A stretch of DNA of 57,011 nt from a virus (lineage: Duplodnaviria; Caudoviricetes), in the IMG/VR virus record IMGVR_UViG_3300044984_002188, positions 1-57,011 of that record, one strand, 5' to 3'. The notes below the pieces were generated by a model. It was not told the origin of the DNA, made no database searches, and saw only the letters and a program-made list of their open reading frames with translations. Of this stretch, positions 16,393 to 26,657 are shown in pieces. Both the position numbers and the translations under genes were made by a program. Position 1 is the first letter of the stretch, and every line of letters starts with the position of its first letter.

Positions 16393-17106
16393 AATATAAT
16401 CTTCTTCATTTAAAATATCTAAAAATCCTAAATCGTATTCTTCAACAAAACTTTTAGAAGGATATGAAATCCAATGAATATCTTTCTTAGATCTTATAGC
16501 CATCTTACCTGAAGGATTTCTTTGTTGAAATCTTTTAAGATATCTTTTAGTTTCGCTATCTGGAATATGTTTCCATGCCTTGGCGTTTTTAAAATTCTTA
16601 AATTCAACATCATCAACATCAAACATTTCTACTGGCATACGACTAAACATAGGTATATCTAATGGTTTTTCATATCCCATTACTGCACCAGAATTCTGTA
16701 CAGTTTGAGGTGTGCCAAGAGTACCGGGAGCACCACCACCAGAAACCATACCAGTACCCATATCTTCGTTAATTAATAAACCAGATTCTAGATAACCTTC
16801 AATAAAGAATAAAAATTCACTAGAATTCAATCCCAATAATTCTGCTTCTTCATTAAACATTTGAAAAGTAGAAACATAACTAGCTAAACGTGCTTTTGTA
16901 TAACTCATGGGAAGTTGATCAAAAATCTTCTTCAATTTAATTATAAAATATTCGTAAGGATCTATGCTACTTTCAGGTTTAAGTAGATTACCATTTGCAT
17001 CGATTACTCCAGATGAAAAAGCTGCTAGACTCGTATAAGGAGCCGTAATAGTTTCAGAAAATTTGGATAATGAGAATGAAGGTATGTAAGCTGATGAAGA
17101 CTGCAT
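16390..17106 (-). CDS. Conserved T4-like late hypothetical protein
   Basis: PY...AF..GVIDANGNLLK...IIKLKKIF motif recalled from T4-like phages; ACTAAATA at 17114. Confidence 0.7.
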   Translation of the reverse strand: MQSSSAYIPSFSLSKFSETITAPYTSLAAFSSGVIDANGNLLKPESSIDPYEYFIIKLKKIFDQLPMSYTKARLASYVSTFQMFNEEAELLGLNSSEFLFFIEGYLESGLLINEDMGTGMVSGGGAPGTLGTPQTVQNSGAVMGYEKPLDIPMFSRMPVEMFDVDDVEFKNFKNAKAWKHIPDSETKRYLKRFQQRNPSGKMAIRSKKDIHWISYPSKSFVEEYDLGFLDILNEEDYI

Positions 17107-17116
17107 ATACTAATAT

Positions 17117-17515
17117 TTAGTTTTCAGCCTGTAACAACTTTCGATCAACTCTAGGGTCTGTATTAATTTTATTATAATTAACTTCTGGAATAGATACAGC
17201 ACCAAATTCCAAAAATACTAGAAATGATTTCAAATATGAATGTAATCTTGGTTCTAGTTTAAAAAAGAGAATTCTAATGCAATTCTCTTCACCAAACACA
17301 TTTCTTAAAATTATAATATGGTTCATTATAAGACGTTCTCTTATAGATTTTAACGTCTTATGCTTATGAATTTTTTGTAATAGTCTCTTAACGTACTTAA
17401 TACGCTTTAAATCATCAATAAATTCATTTTTTCCAGAACATTCTGGATTAAAATAAGTCTTTTGACAGAAGTCTAAAAAGTCTTCCTCATTCAAAAAGCT
17501 ACTTTTTGGATTCAT
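17117..17515 (-). CDS. Conserved T4-like hypothetical protein (DUF7207-like)
   Basis: EFIDDLKRIKYVKRLL...ERLIMNHIIILRNVFG...LFFKLE. Confidence 0.75.
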   Translation of the reverse strand: MNPKSSFLNEEDFLDFCQKTYFNPECSGKNEFIDDLKRIKYVKRLLQKIHKHKTLKSIRERLIMNHIIILRNVFGEENCIRILFFKLEPRLHSYLKSFLVFLEFGAVSIPEVNYNKINTDPRVDRKLLQAEN

Positions 17516-17522
17516 TGTTATA

Positions 17523-18068
17523 TTAATGCATGCAGCCACAATCGGTCCCACTATTTAATGAAGAATCACCACCGGGTACAATTGCTATATTAAGTTTCTT
17601 TAAGAAATTTGGTTGTTTGGTAACAGTAACAGATAAAGTTAATGAATGTCCTAATTTTTCTTTAATTCCATCACCTTGACTGAAACCATTTACACTTACA
17701 TCATCATATGGATTCTGACCGTATACACCTAGTTGTGGACTACCATATTGAACTAGTTCAAACGAATTTGGTCCATCTTGGAGTGCTGATTTATATCCAA
17801 AATCAAAACCAAAATGGTTTAATTTTTGTTTAATAACTGCCATTACTCCATCTGGATCAATGTATTCTCTTGATGAGAATCCATAAAGCATAGCATTAAT
17901 AGCATCAATTGAATGTGGAAGCTTTATATTAAAAGTACCTTTGTCAGTTAAAGCTGATTGACCTAATCGACCTTGAGGATCACCAATGTAAAGTCCACCA
18001 CCAAAGGTTTGTTCTGGTGCGTTTTCTTGTAATACGTTAATTTTGTTTAATAATTGTTTAAATTTCAT
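17523..18068 (-). CDS. Late hypothetical protein
   Basis: MKFKQLL...LQE leader; ACTAAATA near 18079. Confidence 0.7.
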   Translation of the reverse strand: MKFKQLLNKINVLQENAPEQTFGGGLYIGDPQGRLGQSALTDKGTFNIKLPHSIDAINAMLYGFSSREYIDPDGVMAVIKQKLNHFGFDFGYKSALQDGPNSFELVQYGSPQLGVYGQNPYDDVSVNGFSQGDGIKEKLGHSLTLSVTVTKQPNFLKKLNIAIVPGGDSSLNSGTDCGCMH

Positions 18069-18083
18069 TGGTGTTCTTTATAT

Positions 18084-18980
18084 TTAGTTCTGAATTATTT
18101 TCTTATTCATTAACCCATACAAATTAGGATCATATGGTTTTGTGAGTAAAGAATTCAATGTATTAGCAGAAATAACCTTAGTTACATTCTCTAACTTATT
18201 ATTTGGTAAAACCTCTGTACTCTCTTTTAACATATCGGTTACGGATTTGGTACTCCAGGTCCTACAAGCCCAGTAGCGTGCCTTCCAGCGAGGTCCAGGG
18301 GTATCACATCTGTGTCTTGCACGAAAATTACGACGACGAGCTGGATTATCTCGCTTAATTTCCATATTAGGGTCACCAAAATTAACTTTAACCACATTAC
18401 CTTTATCATTCTTTACAAAAACTTTATACTTTTTAACATCACCAGACATAATTTTATTCAATTTTACTTTTTTGTTTCCTTCTTCATATATTTCAATTTT
18501 TTCATTGTATTCATTATATGAAGTCTCTTCAATATTATCTACAAACCCCATGACTGTATTAGCTTCAAAAATTTCAGTACTTTCACAATTATTATTTAAA
18601 AAAGTTACATGATAAAGCCCATTAGACTCTTCAATATAATCTACTTCTAACATCTGACCAGATTCATTGATAATTACATCACAAGGAAGCAATTCATGTG
18701 CTTCGATGGTATCAAAATTCATTGTAAATACTTTAGAAGCACCTTTTACTGCAAACAAATTATAAGATTCTTTAATTTCAGAAACACCAGTTTTTACAAA
18801 TACTGGATTATTGCCTTTACTCTCTGTAATTTCTTTTTTGCTTTTAACAGTTTTCTTATCAGCATTACGCTTTTTAATAGAACTAGAATTACTGTTGGCA
18901 GCTTTTTTAGCTAGCCATTTACCAAGTCCTGTTTCTGCAAAAATCTTTTCAAGGAGAATGTTAACATTTTTAGAATTCAT
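18084..18980 (-). CDS. Late protein with C-terminal DUF6321-like domain
   Basis: KVNFGDPNMEIKRDNPARRRNFRARHRC...KARYWACRTW. Confidence 0.75.
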   Translation of the reverse strand: MNSKNVNILLEKIFAETGLGKWLAKKAANSNSSSIKKRNADKKTVKSKKEITESKGNNPVFVKTGVSEIKESYNLFAVKGASKVFTMNFDTIEAHELLPCDVIINESGQMLEVDYIEESNGLYHVTFLNNNCESTEIFEANTVMGFVDNIEETSYNEYNEKIEIYEEGNKKVKLNKIMSGDVKKYKVFVKNDKGNVVKVNFGDPNMEIKRDNPARRRNFRARHRCDTPGPRWKARYWACRTWSTKSVTDMLKESTEVLPNNKLENVTKVISANTLNSLLTKPYDPNLYGLMNKKIIQN

Positions 18981-18982
18981 GA

Positions 18983-21355
18983 TTAGTTCCTATTTTGTGT
19001 TTCACCTTTATGGTGACCGTTATCGGCTCTATTTTCAGAACGATCCCGAACACGTAAATTTTTTACATTGTTTGAACCACCATTACGAAGAGCATTTTTA
19101 TGATCAATATCTTTTTTAGATCCTTTTTTAACAACTCCTTTTTTGATCATCAGTTCACGTGCAGCAGTTCTTGATGCACGTTCTCTTTTCTGTTTGGGTT
19201 TACCGTGGTAATTTTTATATTCTTTTTTATAATTTCTTATATACTTCTCTTCTAGATTATCAGAAATAATATCTTCAAACAAAGGAATAAGATATTCTGT
19301 GTCTTCGACTGTATATGAGTAAATTTTATTTAAAATTGGAATTAGACATCCAGCACGTAGATCATCTTCTTCTAAAAGAAGAGGACCATAATGTTCAATC
19401 ATATTTCTTTCCGTATCAGAAATTATATTAACTTTATTCAATTTAGACAATAAAAAATTATTTGTTAAAGATTCAATAAGCATTTCATTAATAACAAAGT
19501 AATTTTCACCCAATAATTTATCAGTAACAGTTTCAGTTTTGTTTACTGGAATCTTAATTGTCTTTTTTCCAATAGTAACATAATTATACTCTACTGAATT
19601 AATATCTTCAGGTTTAAATCCAGGGAGTAAACTAGCATTAATATCAAAAGATAGATTATCAATTGAATTTTTAACAATTAATGAAAGAGGTTCAATAGAT
19701 TTTCTATCTACAAAAAGTTTATTTGTATTTTCTGTATCTTCTTTACTTTCAACTACGGTTTTCCATTTTTGTAAATTCTGAACAGCAGACTTTTTATATG
19801 TGGATATATTTGAAGTATCCATTGCAAATTCATTTTGTTTGATATCAATTGAGGCAGTTTTAGCAATCTCACTCATATAATCATCAGACATCGGAAATAC
19901 ACCATTGGTTGTTATAATATGGTTTGGTGCATTCTTTGGGTCAACCATGCCATCACCACGTAAAGATGTTTGTAATATATTCTTAGTTAAAGAAACCAAG
20001 AATGAATTCTTTTTTCCACCTTTAAATAAATCGTTACCAGCTTTTTTAATTGAACTTTCGTATGCTGAAACAGATGCAGCAGGATTAATCTGACCATTTT
20101 GATCAATTACAAATCCTAAACTTTGTCCTGATGGAGAAAATATTTCTTGTGATTGAAATTTCTTTACTAATTCAGGATTACTAAGAATTAGTTGAATAGA
20201 TTGATCGGGTAATAATTGTGGTGAAAATTTATCACCAAATGAAGTTACATCTGCTAGAAGTTTCTTTACATATGGATCAGATTTTGCAAGCTCTGGATCC
20301 ATTATTGTTTTAGTCAAAGCATTACCAATAATACCTCTAACAATTTTTCCACTTTGGTTTAAAGAGTTTGTGCTCATAGTAAATTCACCACCAGCAGAAA
20401 TCTTAAATTTGTATTCACCACATTGTAATTCTGGAACACCATCGGAATACATACTGGAATTACCAGATTCTACTGTACTTAATAGATTTTGAATACACTC
20501 ATCACCAATTTGTGATAGAATCTTATTTGCTTGTAAAAAAGCTGTCTTGGTAAAATCTAAAGAATTGGCTGATCCAGAAAATAATGCATTTAATTCTTGT
20601 TCACTTGCTCCAGCTTTTAATTTGGCAGCAAAAATTAAAGCATTAATTACTTGTTGATTGTATGGTAAATTTGAAGTAGTATTAATACCAAATTGGTTAG
20701 TTAAAGCTTCAAAAGTAATATTATCAAATTCTGCAGATTTTTTAGGAGCCCTAATGCTCTTAAAATATTCTTGTTGCAAATCTAATGGCATAGATGCCAT
20801 TTGATTGGTATCCATACCCTGCATTGCTTGCAAAATTTCTTCTTTAGATAATCGTTTAGCCTTTTGTGGCTGTTCTTCTTTAGTTTCTGGCTCGCCTTGT
20901 TTTGTCTTTTTAGGTTTATCATCTTCTGCAGGAGTTTTAGCTTTTTTATCTTCTTTTTCTCCTGAAGCTTTTAATTCACCAAATAGTAATTTGGACGCAC
21001 GAGTCTGTTCAAATTTTGGATCATTTGTAAAGCTCTTTGCTTCGTCTTCCGTTAATGTATCTCCTTTATTTAATTTTACATGGGTTTCTTTATTAAAAGA
21101 GTCTTTAAAAATTAATTGGATTCTACCAGAAGCAGTTTTTACAGCAATAACTTCTTTGACCAATTCTCCTTTTGATTTTCTATCTCTTGGGATTTGCTTT
21201 GATCTTTCAACTCTTTTACGAGCTGCATCCTTTGATTTATTGTTAGATGCGTTACCGGTAGCCTTTTCTTTAGCGATAGCTTCCCCAGTAGTCCTAAAGG
21301 AGTCGGAGGCAGTGCGGGAGGCTTCGGTTAACTTTAAAAGATCTTTGAAGTTCAT
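18983..21355 (-). CDS. 790-aa late protein with C-terminal HNH domain
   Basis: KDIDHKNALRNGGSNNVKNLRVRDRSENRADN; MNFKDLLKLTE leader; GATAAATA at 21363. Confidence 0.8.
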   Translation of the reverse strand: MNFKDLLKLTEASRTASDSFRTTGEAIAKEKATGNASNNKSKDAARKRVERSKQIPRDRKSKGELVKEVIAVKTASGRIQLIFKDSFNKETHVKLNKGDTLTEDEAKSFTNDPKFEQTRASKLLFGELKASGEKEDKKAKTPAEDDKPKKTKQGEPETKEEQPQKAKRLSKEEILQAMQGMDTNQMASMPLDLQQEYFKSIRAPKKSAEFDNITFEALTNQFGINTTSNLPYNQQVINALIFAAKLKAGASEQELNALFSGSANSLDFTKTAFLQANKILSQIGDECIQNLLSTVESGNSSMYSDGVPELQCGEYKFKISAGGEFTMSTNSLNQSGKIVRGIIGNALTKTIMDPELAKSDPYVKKLLADVTSFGDKFSPQLLPDQSIQLILSNPELVKKFQSQEIFSPSGQSLGFVIDQNGQINPAASVSAYESSIKKAGNDLFKGGKKNSFLVSLTKNILQTSLRGDGMVDPKNAPNHIITTNGVFPMSDDYMSEIAKTASIDIKQNEFAMDTSNISTYKKSAVQNLQKWKTVVESKEDTENTNKLFVDRKSIEPLSLIVKNSIDNLSFDINASLLPGFKPEDINSVEYNYVTIGKKTIKIPVNKTETVTDKLLGENYFVINEMLIESLTNNFLLSKLNKVNIISDTERNMIEHYGPLLLEEDDLRAGCLIPILNKIYSYTVEDTEYLIPLFEDIISDNLEEKYIRNYKKEYKNYHGKPKQKRERASRTAARELMIKKGVVKKGSKKDIDHKNALRNGGSNNVKNLRVRDRSENRADNGHHKGETQNRN

Positions 21356-21361
21356 CTATCT

Positions 21362-21964
21362 TTATTTATCACTATTAAAATCCCCTTTATTACTGAAAGG
21401 ATTGTAAAGTATTAAATTTTTATGGCTTTTAGCTCTACCATTACTGACACGGTAGAGAGCCTTTGAACTTAAATTGTTGTTTTTAGCAAATTCTCTAACA
21501 TTATCTACAACAATTAGCTGTTTTGTGGTTATATCTTGAAAAACAACTCGTTTAGTTATTGCTATCTTTTGTGGTTTAGCTTTTTTAACTTTAAAGTGGG
21601 CACCCTCAGTAGATTTGGTAGCACGTATTTCTACAGCTGTCCATCCTTTATATGTTTTACGAGTTCCATTTAAAAGATCACATATTTTTCCGGATGTCAT
21701 TCCTTGTTCTTTAGCAAATTCTGCCATGTTGGTAAAGAATGTTTTTTCACCAGTATCGGCTCGTTTTAACCAATATCCATTCTTTTCATCTTCTGGTGGA
21801 ATCCATTGCCATGATCTACCATTTTGTTTAAAAAAACCACCATGTTGTGTAATAAATGCGTTTCTCTGGGTTGCTGCTTTGGAATTATCATTCATTTTAA
21901 TCCAAAGTTTACTTCCACGAGTATTAACAATTTGTTCTAACGATTTTATTTCATGATATTCCAT
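21362..21964 (-). CDS. Protein with two NUMOD1-like DNA-binding repeats
   Basis: NMAEFAKEQGM...LLNGTRKTYKGW and NVREFAKNNNL...VSNGRAKSHKNL. Confidence 0.7.
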   Translation of the reverse strand: MEYHEIKSLEQIVNTRGSKLWIKMNDNSKAATQRNAFITQHGGFFKQNGRSWQWIPPEDEKNGYWLKRADTGEKTFFTNMAEFAKEQGMTSGKICDLLNGTRKTYKGWTAVEIRATKSTEGAHFKVKKAKPQKIAITKRVVFQDITTKQLIVVDNVREFAKNNNLSSKALYRVSNGRAKSHKNLILYNPFSNKGDFNSDK

Positions 21965-22604
21965 GATTATTATTATAACTCACTATTACATTTTTTAACT
22001 TTTTAACATATTTTATAGGTTTATTTTGAAAAATTTGTGTTAAACCATCTTCACATGAAATAAGAATAGCAAAATTTTCTACTATTATTCCAGTTCTTTC
22101 TTGAAACATTAAAGCATAAGCAGTAGCTTGTGTAAAGTAACTTTCAACATCTTGTTTTCTTTTTTCTTTACTGCTTGCTTTAAAATCTATAATTGAAAGT
22201 TTACCATCGTATTCAGCAATACAATCAGTTCTTCCAGCAAGACCCAATGTCTTAGACCATAAAGGTGTTTCGATAGCAACTATATTTTGAATTTTATCAA
22301 GTTCTGGCTTTATTTGATTAAAAAGAACTTTAAAATTTGGAAGCATATTATCAAAGTCAATTTCTTCGTTATTTAAATAACTTTCAATTATACTATGTAA
22401 TTTGGTGCCTCTAGCCAAAACTCTTCTACTTTCTTCTGGATTTTTTCTTCTCCATTCAGCAAAAAAGTTTTGTTTATCCCAGCCTACAACCGAAGTAACA
22501 CTTGGAAAAATGCCACCAGGAGTTTCATAAAAGCGTTTACCATCAATGGTAACTTCTTTTAATTTATTGTCAATTTCTATTGGTTTATGTAAAAAGTTAT
22601 TCAT
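21951..22604 (-). CDS. PD-(D/E)XK (RecB/Cas4-like) exonuclease
   Basis: PSVTSV, RGTKLH, AGRTDC, IIDFKAS, QATAYA; TTGTAA-16-TATACT upstream. Confidence 0.88.
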   Translation of the reverse strand: MNNFLHKPIEIDNKLKEVTIDGKRFYETPGGIFPSVTSVVGWDKQNFFAEWRRKNPEESRRVLARGTKLHSIIESYLNNEEIDFDNMLPNFKVLFNQIKPELDKIQNIVAIETPLWSKTLGLAGRTDCIAEYDGKLSIIDFKASSKEKRKQDVESYFTQATAYALMFQERTGIIVENFAILISCEDGLTQIFQNKPIKYVKKLKNVIVSYNNNHGIS

Positions 22605-22655
22605 GAATACACATTCTTATAAGTATAACACACATTATGTAAATTACAAATTTTA

Positions 22656-24266
22656 TTATCTAAGTCTAATAGTACGGGCTGTTTGATATAAATTTTGAAG
22701 CATGGCACTAATATCACCACCCTTCATTCTTTTTTGCTCATCATCATCATAACTTCCGCGACCTACATTATCATTTGACCCCAATGGTAAACCCGGTAAA
22801 GCTGGTGGTACTGGTCGACTTGGTTCACTTGGAAGAGTAACTTTTCCTGGTGGGGGAAGTAAACCTCCTCCTGGTGGGGGGGTAGTTGTTCCAAAACCTG
22901 TTGTTTGAACTTGTTGTTGCTGCTGTACTTGTTTTTGTTGTTGTTGTACTTGTTGTTGCTGTACTTGTTGTTGCTGTTGCTGTACTTGTTGTTGCTGTAC
23001 TACTGGAGCTTGAGCCGGAGCTTGATACGGAGCTTGAGCTTGAGCTGGAGCTTGATTAGGAATAGACGGAATAACTGTATTTAAATTAATATTAGGGGAA
23101 CTTTTATTTAAATTTACTTTATTTTGAACTATTTTTGGAGCATTTACTGGAACTGACGCTGAAACTTGCTTTCCTCCACCAATATTTGAACCAACACTTG
23201 GTTGAGCCGTGTTTGGAGCACTCGATCTTATTGAAGTACCCTGTGTTGGTGCTACTTGAGTTGTTCTAGTAGCTCTTGCCACCATATCAGCCTCAACGGC
23301 ACTCATTCCAGTTGCAGCTGGTGAATCTAATAAACCTGTAGCCATAATTGCTGCAGTACGAACTGGACCAGATGCTGCTGCTTTACCAGCAACTTTTGTT
23401 GCTGCAGAAATAGCTGACTGTGTAGCCTTTATACCCAACTTAGGAGCAGCAATAGCTAATGGTGTAGTAGCTGAACCAAGTATATTACCAGCAAGTTCAG
23501 CAACCGGAGCTGCTTCTGTTCCTTTAATTACATTTTCAGCACCTTGCATTAATCTATTACGTGCAAGTAAAGTCGTACCACCAGCAATACCTGCTTGTGT
23601 TCCTAGACCAACCAATCCAATAGATTTTTTACCAACACCCATTGAACGTAATGCAGCTGTACCAAGACTTTTTGCAAGTCCAGCACCAGCAAATAAAGCT
23701 AAATCAGCTTTAACATTTTGGGGATTATCCATATGCTTTTCATAATATTCACCAACGTTATCAATAAAATCACCTTGACGAATTCCTTCCCATGCAGGAG
23801 CAACAAATTTTTCATTTTTATTATCTTTTTTGCCACCAAATAAATCAGTTGCTGTTCTAGCTATCCACCCGGATTGATATCCTTGAACTCCACGTCCTGG
23901 AGCTTTTTGTGCTTCAAGTCTTCCGCTTGATTTATCTAAGATTAAAGGATTAGTAACATCACCTGTAATATTTGAATATTCATCTCTTGTTAATAAAGAA
24001 ACAGAGTTTGGATCTTGATCTAAAACTGTAAGATATGCTTTATCTACATCTGATTTAGATATATTAGCTTGCTTACCCGTTATTGATGAAGATAATTTAG
24101 CATTTGCTTCAGCTTCTTTTTGTACTTTAGCATCAAATTCTTTTCTTAATTTTGCATAAGATCCGGAAGCCAATTTAGATACTGGAGACTTTTCATCTTC
24201 ATTCAAAATATTTTGTTGATATCTTTGTTCTAAAAGGTATTTTACAATAGGATGTATTTTACGCAT
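22656..24266 (-). CDS. Large Ala/Gly/Gln/Pro-rich late protein
   Basis: 536 aa; KYLLE...ILNE leader; glycine-zipper-like hydrophobic segments; poly-Q tract. Confidence 0.75.
   Translation of the reverse strand: MRKIHPIVKYLLEQRYQQNILNEDEKSPVSKLASGSYAKLRKEFDAKVQKEAEANAKLSSSITGKQANISKSDVDKAYLTVLDQDPNSVSLLTRDEYSNITGDVTNPLILDKSSGRLEAQKAPGRGVQGYQSGWIARTATDLFGGKKDNKNEKFVAPAWEGIRQGDFIDNVGEYYEKHMDNPQNVKADLALFAGAGLAKSLGTAALRSMGVGKKSIGLVGLGTQAGIAGGTTLLARNRLMQGAENVIKGTEAAPVAELAGNILGSATTPLAIAAPKLGIKATQSAISAATKVAGKAAASGPVRTAAIMATGLLDSPAATGMSAVEADMVARATRTTQVAPTQGTSIRSSAPNTAQPSVGSNIGGGKQVSASVPVNAPKIVQNKVNLNKSSPNINLNTVIPSIPNQAPAQAQAPYQAPAQAPVVQQQQVQQQQQQVQQQQVQQQQKQVQQQQQVQTTGFGTTTPPPGGGLLPPPGKVTLPSEPSRPVPPALPGLPLGSNDNVGRGSYDDDEQKRMKGGDISAMLQNLYQTARTIRLR
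22905..23056 (-). repeat. Poly-Q/V tract and AQAP repeats (coding)
   Basis: QAPAQAQAPYQAPAQAPVVQQQQVQQQQQQVQQQQVQQQQKQVQQQQQVQ. Confidence 0.85.
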
Positions 24267-26128
24267 TATTGGCCTCTAAGACGTTTAAGTTGATCATCAA
24301 TATCTGTTTTACTGCCAGGAGCAATTGAAGGTCTAGAAGTATTTGTTGTGCCCGATTTCATAATATCTGACAATAATGACGTTCCATATTCAGCTGGCTG
24401 TACTGGACCAGCTACATCTGCATCACCAGCTTTTCCTGGTACTGCTCTTTGTTGTCGTCTTTCTTGTTCTCTTTTTCTACCCTGTATAGCTTGGTCATCT
24501 AAGCTTCTTTGATTTTGTTCTCTTGCTCTTACATCAGCTCTACCAGCAGCAAGATTAGCATTATCACCACCTGTTGGGGTTGGTAAGAATGGTTCTGGGG
24601 CTGCTCTTTGCTCAGTACCACCTAACATAAATGGTACTTTTGGTTTTGGTGGACCCATCATACCAGGTTCAAATAGAGATGGTATTCTAGTACTATTTTT
24701 TTGTAGAGATGCTTTTAGTGCCGCAGCTTTATCTGCAGTTGCCTGTAATCTTCCTTGATTCTCTAAAGAACCTTGTTGTACTTTTTCTTTATTAATTTGA
24801 GACATTACTTGTGGCATTACAGAAGCTTTATCTTTAGCAATCTCTTGTGCTCGAATTTCTGGATTATTTTGGAAATCACTTAGTTCTTGAGCAGATATGT
24901 CAGCCTGACGTGTAAGTCTACCAGCTTCAGCTGCTCGTGCCTCACTAGCATTTCTTTGCAGGTTTATCATACTATCGGTTGACCCAGCAAGATCTCTAGC
25001 TTCTGCTGAACTATATCTACCAGCTCCAGCTTGTCTACTTACAAGAGAACTGTCTTCTCTATTAGTAGCATCATAATCTCTACCAGTATTTGACTTAAAT
25101 TCACCATAAGTCATATTGGTACCTTGAATCTTAACATTCTGCATTTTTTCTTTACGAGCAGCAGCTTGTTGTGCAGCATCTGCACGATTTTGTTGCTCTC
25201 TTTGTGTTACATCTCTTTGAGTAGCGTCTCTGGATGAAGCAAATGATGATTCAGTATCAGAATCAAAATAGGCTTTACTTCGAGTACGGGCAGCTGCTTC
25301 TTTTGCAGCTTCTTCTGGAGTTTTCTTTGCAGCAGCAAGAGCAGCAATGTCATCTTCCTGTTGGAAACTACTAATATTACTAGAAAGCTCCGAAGAAAGA
25401 GCTGGTTTACCTTGCATACCTGCAACTTTACTTCTAACAGTTGTTTCTAACTCAGCATTGGGTTTTGATAAATCTCCACCTCTCATCATTATTTTGGCTA
25501 ATGCTAATTCACCAGCATCTTTAGCACTTAATGTAGAAGGATCTTGAGCAGATGTTCTGGAAATAACATCTGCTATACGAGTTGCTTGCATTCTACCACG
25601 CTCAGAAGGATCAGTTGGACCCTGTTGTTTATAAGAATCAAGCTCTTTTACCTTATCTTCACGTTTTGTTTTTAATTCAGTTTGTTTTTTTAGATTTTCT
25701 TGATATTTTTCTTCATTTCTTGGATCACGATCTCTCCAAGCTGGACGCTCATCTTCTGGTCTACGTCTTGTAGAACCACTTGATGACGCACCGCCACCCA
25801 ATGAGCCAAATGATTGTGCTGGTGCTTCTGTTAAGTTAAATAAATTAGATGTAATGTTAGGAGACGATCCAACATTTCTTGGAGTTGCTTTTTGAATAGA
25901 ACTTTCATTCAAAGCAATGAGTGGTAATACACTATTTCTTATATCATCTGAGATACGTGGTTGTACCAAGTCTTTCTCAACATAAAAAGGAGAATTTAAT
26001 GACATAACTTTTGTAATGTCTTCCTTTAAGGTTGATGCACGTTTAACAGAATTGATGTCCGGATTCTTTGTTTTGGTTAAAAAATCCTTGACTTCCCAGT
26101 AAAATAGTCTATCTTGTTTATTATCCAT
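24266..26128 (-). CDS. Large helical/low-complexity late protein
   Basis: 620 aa; TCTAAATA at 26139-26146; several LxE sites near the N-terminus. Confidence 0.75.
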   Translation of the reverse strand: MDNKQDRLFYWEVKDFLTKTKNPDINSVKRASTLKEDITKVMSLNSPFYVEKDLVQPRISDDIRNSVLPLIALNESSIQKATPRNVGSSPNITSNLFNLTEAPAQSFGSLGGGASSSGSTRRRPEDERPAWRDRDPRNEEKYQENLKKQTELKTKREDKVKELDSYKQQGPTDPSERGRMQATRIADVISRTSAQDPSTLSAKDAGELALAKIMMRGGDLSKPNAELETTVRSKVAGMQGKPALSSELSSNISSFQQEDDIAALAAAKKTPEEAAKEAAARTRSKAYFDSDTESSFASSRDATQRDVTQREQQNRADAAQQAAARKEKMQNVKIQGTNMTYGEFKSNTGRDYDATNREDSSLVSRQAGAGRYSSAEARDLAGSTDSMINLQRNASEARAAEAGRLTRQADISAQELSDFQNNPEIRAQEIAKDKASVMPQVMSQINKEKVQQGSLENQGRLQATADKAAALKASLQKNSTRIPSLFEPGMMGPPKPKVPFMLGGTEQRAAPEPFLPTPTGGDNANLAAGRADVRAREQNQRSLDDQAIQGRKREQERRQQRAVPGKAGDADVAGPVQPAEYGTSLLSDIMKSGTTNTSRPSIAPGSKTDIDDQLKRLRGQ

Positions 26129-26168
26129 GGCTATGAAATATTTAGATTTTTATAAATACTTAAAAGGT

Positions 26169-26657
26169 ATGAATAAACAGGTTCTCTTGTTAAACCAAGA
26201 TAGTACACCCCTTAATATCATTACCATTAGTAAAGCCTTTAAATTAATCAGCCGAGACAAAGTTTGGGGCGATGCCTCAGATGAATTTATTGAAGTAGTC
26301 TCCGTATCTAAGACTATCAAAATTCCCAAAATTTTAATTTTAAAGTATTATGTAAAATTGCCTTTTAAAAAGGCTACTGCATCTAGGCAGAATATTTTAA
26401 GACGAGATCTGTATTGCTGCCAATATTGTGGAAAAGAGATGAATAATAAAGATGCTACTATTGACCATATTATACCTACCTGTAAAGGTGGAGCATCTTC
26501 TTGGGTGAATATGGTAGCATCCTGTAGAGCATGTAATTTATTTAAAGGAAGTAAAACTCCCAAAGAAGCCCAAATGGTTTTAAAAAATAAACCAAAAGAA
26601 CCTTCCTATGGATTCTTGTTTGAATCTATGCTAATTACCTTTAGAAAGAAAAAATAA
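26169..26657 (+). CDS. HNH endonuclease (McrA/HNH_5-like)
   Basis: VLLLN, RRDLYCCQYCG, TIDHIIP..KGG, WVNMVASCRACN; TATAAATA at 26151. Confidence 0.9.
   Translation: MNKQVLLLNQDSTPLNIITISKAFKLISRDKVWGDASDEFIEVVSVSKTIKIPKILILKYYVKLPFKKATASRQNILRRDLYCCQYCGKEMNNKDATIDHIIPTCKGGASSWVNMVASCRACNLFKGSKTPKEAQMVLKNKPKEPSYGFLFESMLITFRKKK

Noticed and set aside
21951-22604. Cas4 as part of a CRISPR system
   Set aside because: No Fe-S cysteine cluster, no other cas genes and no array; it fits the common T4-like exonuclease
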